64,000 nucleotides of DNA from Azolla caroliniana (Eukaryota; Plantae; Polypodiophyta). The notes below the pieces were generated by a model. That model was not told where the DNA came from. It saw only the letters and a list, made by a program, of their open reading frames with translations, and searched no databases. The stretch's first letter is position 1; every line of letters starts with the position of its first letter. This document shows positions 11,139 to 22,400 of this stretch, piece after piece. Location: contig JBHGNT010000008.1 of NCBI GenBank assembly GCA_043228905.1, positions 19,654,001 through 19,718,000 on the forward strand, in the 5' to 3' direction. Made by a program: the position numbers and the translations under genes.

Positions 11139-13181
11139 GATAGATAGATAGATTATATTATCGTCTTCGGAGGTCAAATATGACCTATGAGACCAAAAAT
11201 ATTACATTTCACGTGATACGTGTGAAAGTGAGTAGTGACTCTTGATGTTCAAGAACTTTACCAATGAATGTTGCAATCGAGAGTGCACATTGTGGTTGTG
11301 AGAGGAATTCATGCAAAGATTGGGCTCGATCGAAGAGATGTGGAAAGCATGGTCAAAGGTAAAGCATTGTATCAAAGTATGATACTCAGACTCGCGAACT
11401 TGTTTAGGGCAAAGTGTGCATAGCCGACCACTCTCGTCACTTGTACCCTAACGCCCTGTTTCACATCGCAATGCATGTGACCTAAGTCGCATGGAAGCAA
11501 TGGTTCGAATGGCAGATAACGGTATGGGCTCTAACATGTATGGATGTGTACGATTTCCCCGTTCCGCAAAGAATATGGTTTTGTAGTTAGGTGCAACATG
11601 TGTAGTATAATGTGTGAAGTGTGAGCCTCCACATTTGTCCCATGTCATGATACATTGGCATTGCAAAAATACATTGGTGTCTCGCATCCCATCTACCAAA
11701 CCATTTTTCTATATCTTGCATCCAACCGGAACACAAAATTTTGCTTTTATGCGTCTTTTGGATCTTTTTGCTTGCTTCCCACGCAATTCTAGGAAGTCGA
11801 TGTGAGGGACTTTTTTAAAACTTAAGCATGTACTCAACAACCCTTTCCATGGCCATGATCTCAATGGGAAGCGATCCCGTCTCAAGGAGGAGGAGGGTGT
11901 AGGGCGTTTGTTTCTTAACTTGTAGAAACTAAGTGGTAAGAAAATGCTTTTGGACATTTTCAAACTCTTTCCACATAGATTTAGTGATACTACTGCCCCA
12001 TACTTCCACCCCATAGAGAAGAACCAGTGTCACCAAAGTGTCGAAAAGATATTTCTTGAGGACCCAACACTTAATATCTCCAAGATTGCATGTGTTCTCA
12101 AATGCATAGTATGCTCGCTTGCCCGCCTCGAAGCGGCGTGTAGCACATTCATTCCATCTATGATTTGAAGGAACTTCAAGGCCAAGATATTTGAAGCTTT
12201 CCACACATTCAAGTGGCTCATTGTTGTACATAATGCATGGTTTATCTCTTTTTTGGCTCTTCACAAGCATAATCTTTGTTTTAGAGCTATTGACACTTAA
12301 TTTAGTATGCATACAAAAATTTTCCAATGCCTTCATAAGCTTTTGTGCATCTCCTAAAGTATTTGCAAAAAGCACTACATCATCTGCATATAGCAAAAGC
12401 ATAATTACAACATTCCCAATGGCAACTTCTTCAACACATTCTTCCTTTGCAAACTTGGTAACCATTTCTTCCAATTCATCAATGCATAGACCAAATAGTG
12501 TTGGTGAGAGTGGGCATCCTTGCTTAACACCAATAGTGCTTTTGAAAAAATCTGAAAGTTTATCTCTCATGCGCACACAACATATAACCTTCTCATAAAT
12601 TCGGGAAATTGCAAGCATATATTCACTTGGCACCTCCAATTCTTCCATTCGCCTCCAAAGATACTCACGAGGTACCATATCAAAAGCTTTCTTGAAGTCT
12701 ACAAAGCAACAATATAAACCTTTACCTCTAAGGCAACTTTCCTCCATTAATACTCGAAGGGTGATAAGGTGATCAATGGTGCTATGGTGTTTCCGAAAGC
12801 CAGCTTGTCCATAAGCTCTCTTACCACTTTTTCAGCCCATACACTTATCTTTGATTCCATTATACATCCAAATAGTTTTGCCATGAATGAGCCAACCATG
12901 ATGGTTCGATAGTTGTTTACATTATTTATATCTCCACCTTTATGTAAAGGTTTGATCCAATTTGTAGTCCAATCGTACGGCATACCATGTTGCAATGCAT
13001 CATTAAACATATCGCTTATCCATATATGTGCTTCCTTTCCCGTCCATTTGAGCATTTCAGCCTTTATACATTGAAGATCACTTGCCTTTCGAGAGGCCAA
13101 TTTCTTAAGTCCTATGCATATATCTTCAATTGTAAAGAAGGGAGGCATATGTGAAAGAGAACCATAACACATCATCTTTCC
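11139..13181 (-). mobile_element. 5'-truncated non-LTR retrotransposon (LINE, RTE-X-like), RT plus C-terminal Cys/His motif
   Basis: ORFs 12747-13175 and 11929-12747: NYRTIMV, FVDFKKAFD, GVKQGCPLSPTLF, LLYADD, FKYLG; C-terminal RLRSHALRCETGR..RLCTLC..EYH..C; GACAAGAGA on both sides (11130-11138 / 13182-13190); sits in a (GA)n tract. Clade call is tentative. Confidence 0.85.
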
Positions 13182-13529
13182 GACAAGAGATAACTGATAG
13201 AGAGAGAGAGAGAGAGAGAGAAATGGTTATTGTATTCATTCATTGCCCATAAGGGGTTTAATAGGTACAAAGGGTTAGATACACAAGGGTGCAAGTCCCC
13301 TTGGACATTCACACCTCTTTGTATCCACCACACCGACACTTACATTCACACTCATGATTGTATAACATTACACATACATTACATCTTTCACCCTCACTTA
13401 TCAATCACCCGTACATCTCATACGGTAACACAATATGGCACGCCCGTGGGAGAGTGCCTTGCACGTCGATTCCACATGCCTTGGTCATAATCTTTCTTCG
13501 ATCGGAACTTCCATCGGTCCTCTCAACGA

Positions 13530-13745
13530 TCGACTCCCTTGATCGGAGCGCTTGACTTGAACATCTTTGTCGGTCAACGAATCTTCATCGACACAAACAT
13601 TCTCGTTCTGTCGTTCACGAACTTGGGTAACATCAATGATCGACTCCCTCGATCAGGGCGCTTGACTCGAACATCTCCTTCGGTCAACGACTTCATCGAC
13701 ACGAACATTCTGGTTCTATCGGCTCACAAACTTTGGTAACATCAT
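13530..13745 (+). repeat. ~110-bp tandem duplication in element H interior
   Basis: CGACTCCC..GCGCTTGAC..CTTCATCGACAC..GGTAACATCA occurs twice. Confidence 0.85.
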
Positions 13746-14842
13746 TCGGGTTGTCAAAAAGATGTTGTGTGTATGTGTGTTCTTCTTTGTATCTTCTGAA
13801 TTGTGTGTGGATTGCATCCACTTCTTTTAGGTTCATGAGTTTTCGACATTTCATAGGTGCCCTTTGGTTTTTAAAATTCTATCATGTACCCTCAGGTTTT
13901 TAAAATTATGCTTGATACCCCTCAAATGTTTTAAAATTTCATGGATGCCCTCATCTCCATTTTTCCCTCTCATTTTTCTGTTTGGTTTTGTTATCATTTG
14001 AGTTTTGCTTTTAGGTCATTTTTCCTTCGCTTTTGTGTTTGGCTTCTTCTCTACTTCTTACATTTTCTCTCTTGTTGTTGCATCTTCTCCTCTTCCTATC
14101 TTTCTTTTCCTCCTCTCTCTTTCTTCGTTTGTCTCTATCTCTCCTACTCATGTCTGTTGTTCATGCCTTTGTCTGGGCTGGTTCGGTTGCTTTTCGGCCG
14201 TTGTCGGCCACTCCCACCGCTTCGTCTATTGTCCGGCCACTTTGACCGCTCTTCGTTTTCTGATCCGGCAGTCCTATCCATCCTATTTCGACGTCTTTCA
14301 CCATCGTCCGTTGTCTCATCCAGCGTGTCTGTCCGTTCCGGTCATCCTCTTGTCGTCTGTCTGATCGTCAGTTGTCTGGTACTTGTCCATCCGGCTCGCC
14401 TGGCTTTCTATTCGGCCCGACCATCACTTTCTTTCCGGCCCTTCGATAGTCTCTATTTGGCTATTTCGTGTATTTCTCTGTCCTTTGTCTTTGTCGCATG
14501 GCCTTGTTCGGTTGCTGCTCGTTTTTGTTCGGGGTCTCTATCACCGTTAGGTTGTTCGGTCACTGCTCATGCCAATCTCTAGCAGTCATCATTAGTGTTC
14601 AACCTCTCCTTTCGGTGGTTCTAGTATCTGGCTTCATCTATTATCCGTCAGTTGCCGCTCTAGCCATTGTCCGGCCTATCTGCCAGCTCCATCATCATCT
14701 CCAACCGTCTCCAATGTCGTCTTTGTCGGTTCGTTTGTCTGGCCTTCTCGATTTTCGTTCATCATTGTCCTGTACGACGCCTGTCTTTTCTGCCGTGTTT
14801 GTATGTCTCTTCGGCTCCGTCCACTTTTGTTTTTTTAGACAA

Positions 14843-15036
14843 CGCCATCATGCTCTTTTCTTTCTCTTTTCTTTTGCGATTAGATTCGAGCCAAATAGAC
14901 CCAACCTAACCAACAAAACACACTCGAAATACCGTTGATACCGCCATCATGCTCTTTTCTTTCTCTTTTCTTTTGCGATTAGATTCGAGCCAAATAGACC
15001 CAACCTAAGCAACAAAACACACTCGAAATACCGTTG
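14843..15036 (+). repeat. ~99-bp tandem duplication in element H interior
   Basis: CGCCATCATGCTCTTTTC...CACTCGAAATACCGTTG occurs twice, nearly identical. Confidence 0.9.
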
Positions 15037-17137
15037 TTCATAGCGAAATCATGCAGTAGAGAATATGTCATTGTCATTTGCATGTTTCTGCCATTTCTTG
15101 CACTTAGTCGTTATGGCTTGTATTGCCGCGTATCATTCTTCGACTCTGTCTCCAAAGGGGGATTGCCTTAGTGGTCGCCAGAAGGTATTATCGGTTTTAG
15201 GGTTAGGGTTAATATTTATGATAATGATGATGATTGATGATAAAGATAGACATTGTGTAATAGTGAAGATGATGAATGGTATGATGGTGAGAGAGATCAT
15301 GAAGAACAAGACAAGCATTGAGGGGTGGGGGGTGGTGCCTAGAATGGCTCCAAGTCCCCTTCGGCATTCACACCTAGTCACTCATTCACACCTCTTTGTA
15401 TCCACCACACTCACACTCATAATCGTATAACATTACACATACATTACATCTTTCACCCTCACTTATCAATCACTCGTGCATCTCGTACGGTAACACCTTG
15501 CTGAACTTCATGACTCCGTTCTAGATGCTACCCGTGTAGCCTTCATCATCTAGCCCACCGGTTTATATCAGGTTCAACCGAACCTCCGGATCGTGTTAGA
15601 CATCCTTCAATAGCAACTTGTATCCAGTTGATGTCGTCAACAACACATCTCTTATGCCGATGATTCGGCAGGACCCTTCATTCCCCATTCGAACACAACC
15701 GTGATCTCTGGTTGTGTAGGATGAGAAGCATCTCCAATCCGGTGTTAGGTGGAATGACGCTCCGGAATCGACAACCCACGTTGTCTCGTCGTCGACAAGG
15801 TTTAACTCATTCTCCTCGGTGATGAGCACCAGTTCTTCTTCACTTGTTGCGATTGCTGACATTCCCTTCCAATCTGAGCCTTTCCGGTCTGAATCCTTCT
15901 TCGAATTGGCACAATCAATTCCTTTCTCTTTCCAGAAATGCCAACTGTTTTTCTAGAAGTGTCCTGGCTTCCCACAATAGAAGCAAGTAGGCCTCCCTCT
16001 TGACTTCGACCTCGTCCCCGATTTGTCCAGGTTTGGGGACTCCGATACTGGACTCTTCCCCGGTAATGGTCATCTTCCGTGACCAAGGCCTTCGGATCGG
16101 TTCCGGACTCCCGGTCCTTCCAGCGAGCTTCTTCATCTAGCAAGCTTGATTTTAGCCTTGCTAAGGACAACTGCTTTCCCTCTGGCTCGGCGTTGCCCAA
16201 AGTCACAACTAGCGTCTCCCAACTATCCGAGAGGGAACCAAGCAAGAGCAATGCAAGTACCTCGTCGGCCAGAGGTATTTCAAGCGAAGTTGTTTGTTTA
16301 TGAGCCCTTGAAATGCATTCATGTGCTCTGCCATGTTGGATCCTTCATGGTACCGGAGTCTCACTAACTTCCGGAATACCGAAACCCGATTTACGGCTTG
16401 TTTACTCTCCAACATGGTGTCGATTTCCCTTACATGGTCCCCGAATTGCAACGGAAGCCAGAGATCTTTGACCACGAGCATGTCCCTCATCTTCGACTTC
16501 CACACTTGGTAGTTGGAGCCAGTGAGCTTGAACATGCCGCCGAATGACTCTTCCATTTTCTTGTTCGCTCTAATACCAGTTTGTGCGAAAATAGCACTAG
16601 GCCACAACCGAGTCTTCAACAAGGAATAGAAGAGAACAAACTAAAACAAAGATGACACAGAATGTTAATGTGGAAAACCCTAAATGGGAAAAACCACAAG
16701 AGCCCACAGACTCCAACTATCACTATGAGAGGAGGAATACAATGTGAGACTCAGAGGCAACGACCTCGACCTCTATGTCTTCGCCAAACCGGCGGTTACA
16801 ACAGAAAACTAGTTCTGTATCTCTCTGTCTCTCTGTCTCTCTGTATATAACAATATACAACAACAGCATATACACGTAAAGTGATTGCCCTAAGTCATAT
16901 TTATACTTATATGACTTTTGGGCTATTTTCAAATATAACCTCAATAGGCGAACTATGAAACATATTTACACATATGTCCTTGGATCCAGTTTGCAACAGA
17001 TCCATCCGGATTCACTCGATCCAATTTCCGGGTGTCATCTGAAACCCTTCTAGATCCAGTTCCTTCATCCGACTCGTCCGATCCGGCTCCTCCGATTCTC
17101 ATCCAGATCCCACCCGAAAGGGACCGAATTCCTAACA

Positions 17138-19468
17138 ATACTCGAGGTACTACCAGTTCCAACTAGTTGTCGAAAGCAGGGATATCACGACGATGCGAAC
17201 CCCTCTTGGCCTAGTTCGGATGTGTACCCTACCGCAAGGAGGGTCTAATTCGATGGCGCACATGGTCAATGCGATGAACAAAGTGTTCAGGGACTGCATC
17301 CTTGACATCACCATGCCATTCCTGGATGACATTCCAATCAAGGAATGTCTGGAGGATGCGAAGGACGAATCGATAGGAACAAATAGATGTTGTAGGTTTA
17401 TCGCGGACCACATCTATGACTGTGAGAAGATACTACAAAGGCTTGAGGGTGCTCGGCTCACCTTCTCCATGGAGAAGTCGGCTTTCGAACAATCAAAGAG
17501 CCTAGTGGTCGGCCACATGTGCAGTCCATACGGCTGGAAACCATCCCTGGCAAAGGTAGAAGCCATCTCGGCTATGAAGGAAGAATTCTTGGGGGCATTT
17601 GAAGAAGAGGAAAAACGCACCACTCCGGGTGGTGACGCGGGAAGAAGACCAATCAGTGTTGGTGACGGAGTTCGACGAGAGTCGTTGGTCCCGAATTGCG
17701 GGACATGGGTCACGTTCGAGAAGCTGAAAGAGTAGTACTGGTGGCCAGGAATGTATAAGGACGTGCACCACTTCGTGTCGATGTGCAAAAGTTGCTAGAT
17801 GCACTCAGTGATCTAACACTACGACGAGCTGCACCCGAGATACCCGCCAACCATACAGTTCAAGTGGATGGTCGACTTGGTGACGATGGCAATAGGAGTA
17901 GGGCAGATGCAGTACCTAGTGGTAGCAAGGGAAGATCAGACAAACCAGGTGGAAGGTCGAGCATTGACGAACAAGAAAACTGCGGCTATATGCAAGTTCC
18001 TAATGGAGGATGTCGTCTACTGATACAGGTGCATGGGGAAGATCGTGGCCGACCGGGGGAAGCTGGATGCGGAAGAGGCTGAAGAGCTATTTGGCCGACT
18101 AGGGGTCAAGTTGTCCCTCACAACGGCGTACAACCCAGAGGTGAACGGGAAGGTCGAGCGAGGGCATGGGCCGATCGTATAAGCTATAGTACGCGCATGC
18201 GATGGGCGACTCGATAACTGGCCGAGGCTCCTACCTTACCCACTATGGGCGGACCAAACTACGCATAGTTTGGTGACCGGGTACATGCCAACGGAGCTCA
18301 TGTTCAAACAAAACCAGTCATGTCGGTTGAACGGATGATCACCTCAAGGATGGCAGTCAATTGGATTGATCAGATGAGTCGGGAGGAGTTGTTGGCGGCA
18401 AGGATCTGACAAGTCAAGTGGAGGCCTTAAGACGTTGAGTTAGCGATGGTGAGAACAAAGGAGGCGTGGAAGAGAAACAATGCCCGGTTTGACAGGACGC
18501 ACCGACTACGGCCAAGGAAGATTGAGAAAGGTGATTGGGTGTTAGTCTACGACAACACCGATCCACCCGGAAATTCGTGAAACTATGGTTCGGGACGTAC
18601 ACATTGACCAACGCAAACGACAACGTGACATACCACCATAGAGCTCGAGGGGACAAGGATAGTGATACCAATAATGGGAAAACGGATAAAGGCCTTCAAG
18701 GAGCGGTATGAAGTGGAACCAAACCCGACATTGGAGCCCGAAGCGATGGTTCGGACGAGTAAAGACTGTCCTAGAAGCCGCCACTTCTTCACTACCTAGT
18801 ACATGCCAGAGGATGTGTGGTTTGGTGGGGGTGGATGTCATGAAGGATTCCGGCCATCTTAGTAAACGAAGCCGGATGTGTGTGACCGTGGGTGTGCACA
18901 AATGCATGACTTTTGTACAAACCTATGTAAATAAGATAGTAATGATAGGGTTTTGGTGATTATATAAGAAAAGAACGATTGATATGAACTTTAGTACCAC
19001 ACGGATGGGTGAGAATCGAAGGGAGATCTGTAAGAAAATTGACTATGATAAAGATGATGTAACAGCCTTCCCTTCTGCTATAAAAGGGGAGGCCTTGAAT
19101 TGTTTTGGGATCTAAGATTTTGGGGACAACGAAGCTCTCCTCGGTTGACTGCCAAAGCTCTCTCTCTCTCTCCTCTCTCTGTACTATGCTCTATATTGCG
19201 GAACAAGAAGGTGAATCCTCTACTTGCGTTGGAAGCCTGCGTGCCCATGACGAAAGGATCATCATTCTATGTGTGTGTGTCTATTGAGCTGAGTACTCCT
19301 TCACCGGCCGTGCCTGGTTGAACTCGCTGCGTGTTCTACGCCTAATCGAGTCGTGAAACATTGTTCTGACTTTGTGTCCTTTTCTCATCTTTTCCATTCT
19401 ATTCTGTTCTGTTTGAAAACGGTGAAAATAACCCAGGAGTAGTTAAACAAATCACATGAGCACATTAC
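17138..19468 (+). mobile_element. pol: Gypsy-A 3' part: RT (FLDD), RNase H deleted, integrase remnant, PPT, 3' LTR from 18836 (right end uncertain)
   Basis: MRTPLGLVRMCTLPQG, MPFLDDIPIK; integrase FKWMVDLV, AYNPEVNGKVERGH; PPT GGTTTGGTGGGGGTGGA then TGTCATGAAG at 18836. Confidence 0.85.
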
Positions 19469-22400
19469 TATCAAAGTAAACATGCGGAAGCGTTTGGCAA
19501 ACCGGCTCAGCCGGATAGCAACAAAAGATGAAAGGAAAACTCAATACACACACATAGAGTATGCATACGCAGGAGAGAGAGAGACAATGTGCTCAGAGAG
19601 CAGTTTTATACAAGTCCATAAACTCAAGGACTGACAGGTACTTCAATGCTTACATGAGCGACTATCATTGACTTCCAAAAATATGCGTACGTACTAGGCT
19701 AGATCCGTAGGCCTCTAATGGCCTACCGGTTTCAATCCGATCCGGCTCCTGGTTCGGGATATCATCCGGACACCGATCCGGTTCTCCGATCTGGATACCG
19801 ATCTGGATCCGGTTCAGTTTGCTTGCTCAACACTCCCCCTCAAGCTCAACTTGAGGTCGGATCATGGTGTTAGTGTCTTCAGTAGCCGGTCCTTTCATAC
19901 GGCTCCTTCTGTCGTCCTCCCACCTTGCTCACGCTCCTCGTTCGTTCCGGTTCCGCTTCACGCGACTCATCTACTTGTCGATCCATCGGTTCCTCCGTGT
20001 CAGTGTCCACTTCCGCTACCTTCTCGTCCGGTTGGCCTTTCGTTGATCAGGCTTCTCCGAATCTTGAACCCAATCGGTTTCCTCCGATTTGTTCCAGTTC
20101 TTGTCCGAATCGGTCGCTCCTGATTTGTTCCGGCTTTTGTCCGAGTCGGTGTTCTACAACTCGTCTCCCGGTCTTAGACCCTTCACCACATCAGACCATT
20201 TCAGGGTCTTGGCCTTCTCCTTCCGGTCAGCTCTGTGCATCTTGACTTTGTCGTTGCTGTTGCTTGCTCTGACTTGTTTGGATGTGCCGACTCCTTCGGT
20301 TGACTTGGCTTCCTTTATCCGCTTATTTCCCCCTTTGGTTCTTTCTTCCTCTCCAGCTCCTTGTCCGGTGCCATTCGTTCCCGTTCCTATTCTCCCCGTC
20401 AAGTGCAACACATCCAGATGCTGAATGCCGAGCATCACTGAAAAATGTTGCAACTTGTCCGACTCGAGCGACTTGGTGAAGATGTCGGCAACCTGCTGAT
20501 CCGTGTGAACATACCGAAGTTCAACTTTACCGCTCAGGACCCTCTCACAAACAAAGTGATAATGAACTTCTATGTGCTTTGTTCGAGCATGAAATACAGG
20601 GTACTTGACGAGCTGTATGTTGCTCATGTTGTCACAGTGGATCGGGATCGGGGCCGACACCTCGATCCGGAGGTCACACAATAGTTGCCGAAGACAGATG
20701 GCTTCACATGTGGCAATGGTAGCGCCCCGATACTGAGCCTCAGTGCTCGACAGAGCCACTGTTGGTTGCTTTTTGCTGCTCCACACAACAATTGCGCTAC
20801 CAAGAGAAAACATGTAACCAGAGGTGGATCAGCGAGCTGATGCATCACCAACCCAGTCGGCATCGGCATATCCAACTAGCTTCCCAGCTATACCATGTCG
20901 GTATAAGAGTCCTCGGTCCTTCGTGCCGTTAACATACCGGAGTATCCAGTGTGTGCACTGAAGGTGCTCGATGGTCGGCTTCTGCATGAAATGGCTGATC
21001 ACTCTCACTGGGTAACTGATGTTCGGCCGGGTGATTGTTAAGTAGATGAATCTTCCGACAATTTGTCGGAACCTTTTCTCATCGTAGGCCGGTTCGGAGT
21101 CGAGATGTAGCTTCTGGTTCTGGTCGAGGGGTGTGGAGACAGGTCGACATTCCGTCATGTCGAACTTGTACAACATATTCAACACATAATGGCGTTCTAA
21201 GAGCAATATGCCATCGGGGGTTCAGATCACCTCAATCCCAAGAAAATACTGAAGATCCCCCAGGTCCTTCATTTCAAATGTGTTCGACAGCTGGTACTTC
21301 ACTCGGCCGATTTCAACAGGTTCGGGTCTGGTGATGACTAAATCATCTACATAAAGCAAAATGCAAACTGGACCGTTCGGACCGTTCCGGATGAACAATG
21401 AAGAGTCGGATTTAGAGCCCACAAACCCCATCTTATGCAACCGGTGCGTGATCTTCGCATTCCAAGCTCGGGGGGCTTGTTTCAGACGATAAAACGATTT
21501 CTTGAGTCGGCACACTACGGATTTGTTCATCTCTGATTGGAAACCAGGGGTTTGGATCATATAGACATGTTCTTCAAGATCACTTTGAAGAAATGCATTC
21601 TTCACGTCCATTTGGTGAAGATGCCATCCCCTTGCTGCAGCAACAACCAGTACCACACGAACCGTCGTCATCTTCGCTACAGGAGCGAAGGTTTCGTCGT
21701 AGTCTGTTACATGGGTTTGTGCGTATCCATTCACCACTAATTGGGCCTTGTACCGGTTGAACGAACCGTTGGCATGTTACTTTACCTCGTACACCCATTT
21801 GCAACTGATTAGTTTGTAGTGTCGGGGTGGGTCAACCACATCCCATGTGTCGTTGGCATCTAGTGCTTGCATTTCTTCCTCCATAGCAGCCCACCAATTT
21901 GCGTCTTTTGTTGCTTCTGTGTAGCTCTCCGGCTCACGCACTTCCACCACCTTAGTCATGTATGCATAGTGATGCACCATGTACTCTGCTAAAAGTTATA
22001 TGCGGAAGCGTAAGACAACAGCTTGGCTGTGTAGCAGAGAGAGAGAGAAATACACAGAATACAGAGAGTACTCGGGAGAGATAGAGAAAGCAGAACAATA
22101 ATCTAGATTCAATAATTATATCAACACTCTGTACATATAACGTGCTCAACAATACTATTTATACAAGTCCTCATGGAACTGATAGAAGTACAACATACTT
22201 CAATGCTCACATGAGTGTCTGACACTAACTACGAGACAATAACTACCTAGTAATCTAAGCTATTACTAGGCTTCCGGTTACTGTTGGATCCGGCTAACCG
22301 ACTCCCCAGCTGACCGGCTCTTTTGCTCACCGGCTCGCCGATCCGGCTCCATCCTTCCGGATGCCGATCCGGCTTAGGCTTATTCAACCGATCCGGATTC

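Larger units (their letters stand above)
10896..15495. mobile_element. Non-autonomous, non-coding LTR element H (LARD/TRIM-like)
   Basis: TG..CA termini, TSD CCTTG (10891-10895 / 15496-15500); LTRs 10896-13430 (split by a LINE) and 15186-15495 (internal deletion); 1.75-kb pyrimidine-rich interior with no recognisable protein domain. Confidence 0.9.
7502..17137 (-). mobile_element. Ty1/copia Copia-2 (related to Copia-1), degenerate, interrupted by element H
   Basis: LTRs 7502-8051 and 16582-17137, TSD ATACT (7497-7501 / 17138-17142), PBS 16567-16578 (TGGTATTAGAGC on minus), PPT next to 8051; gag-pol remnants 16556-15496 and 10895-8062. Confidence 0.95.

Noticed and set aside
13941-14938. Long hydrophobic plus-strand ORFs in element H
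   Set aside because: Low-complexity C/T-rich DNA lacks stop codons in several frames at once; no domain motif.
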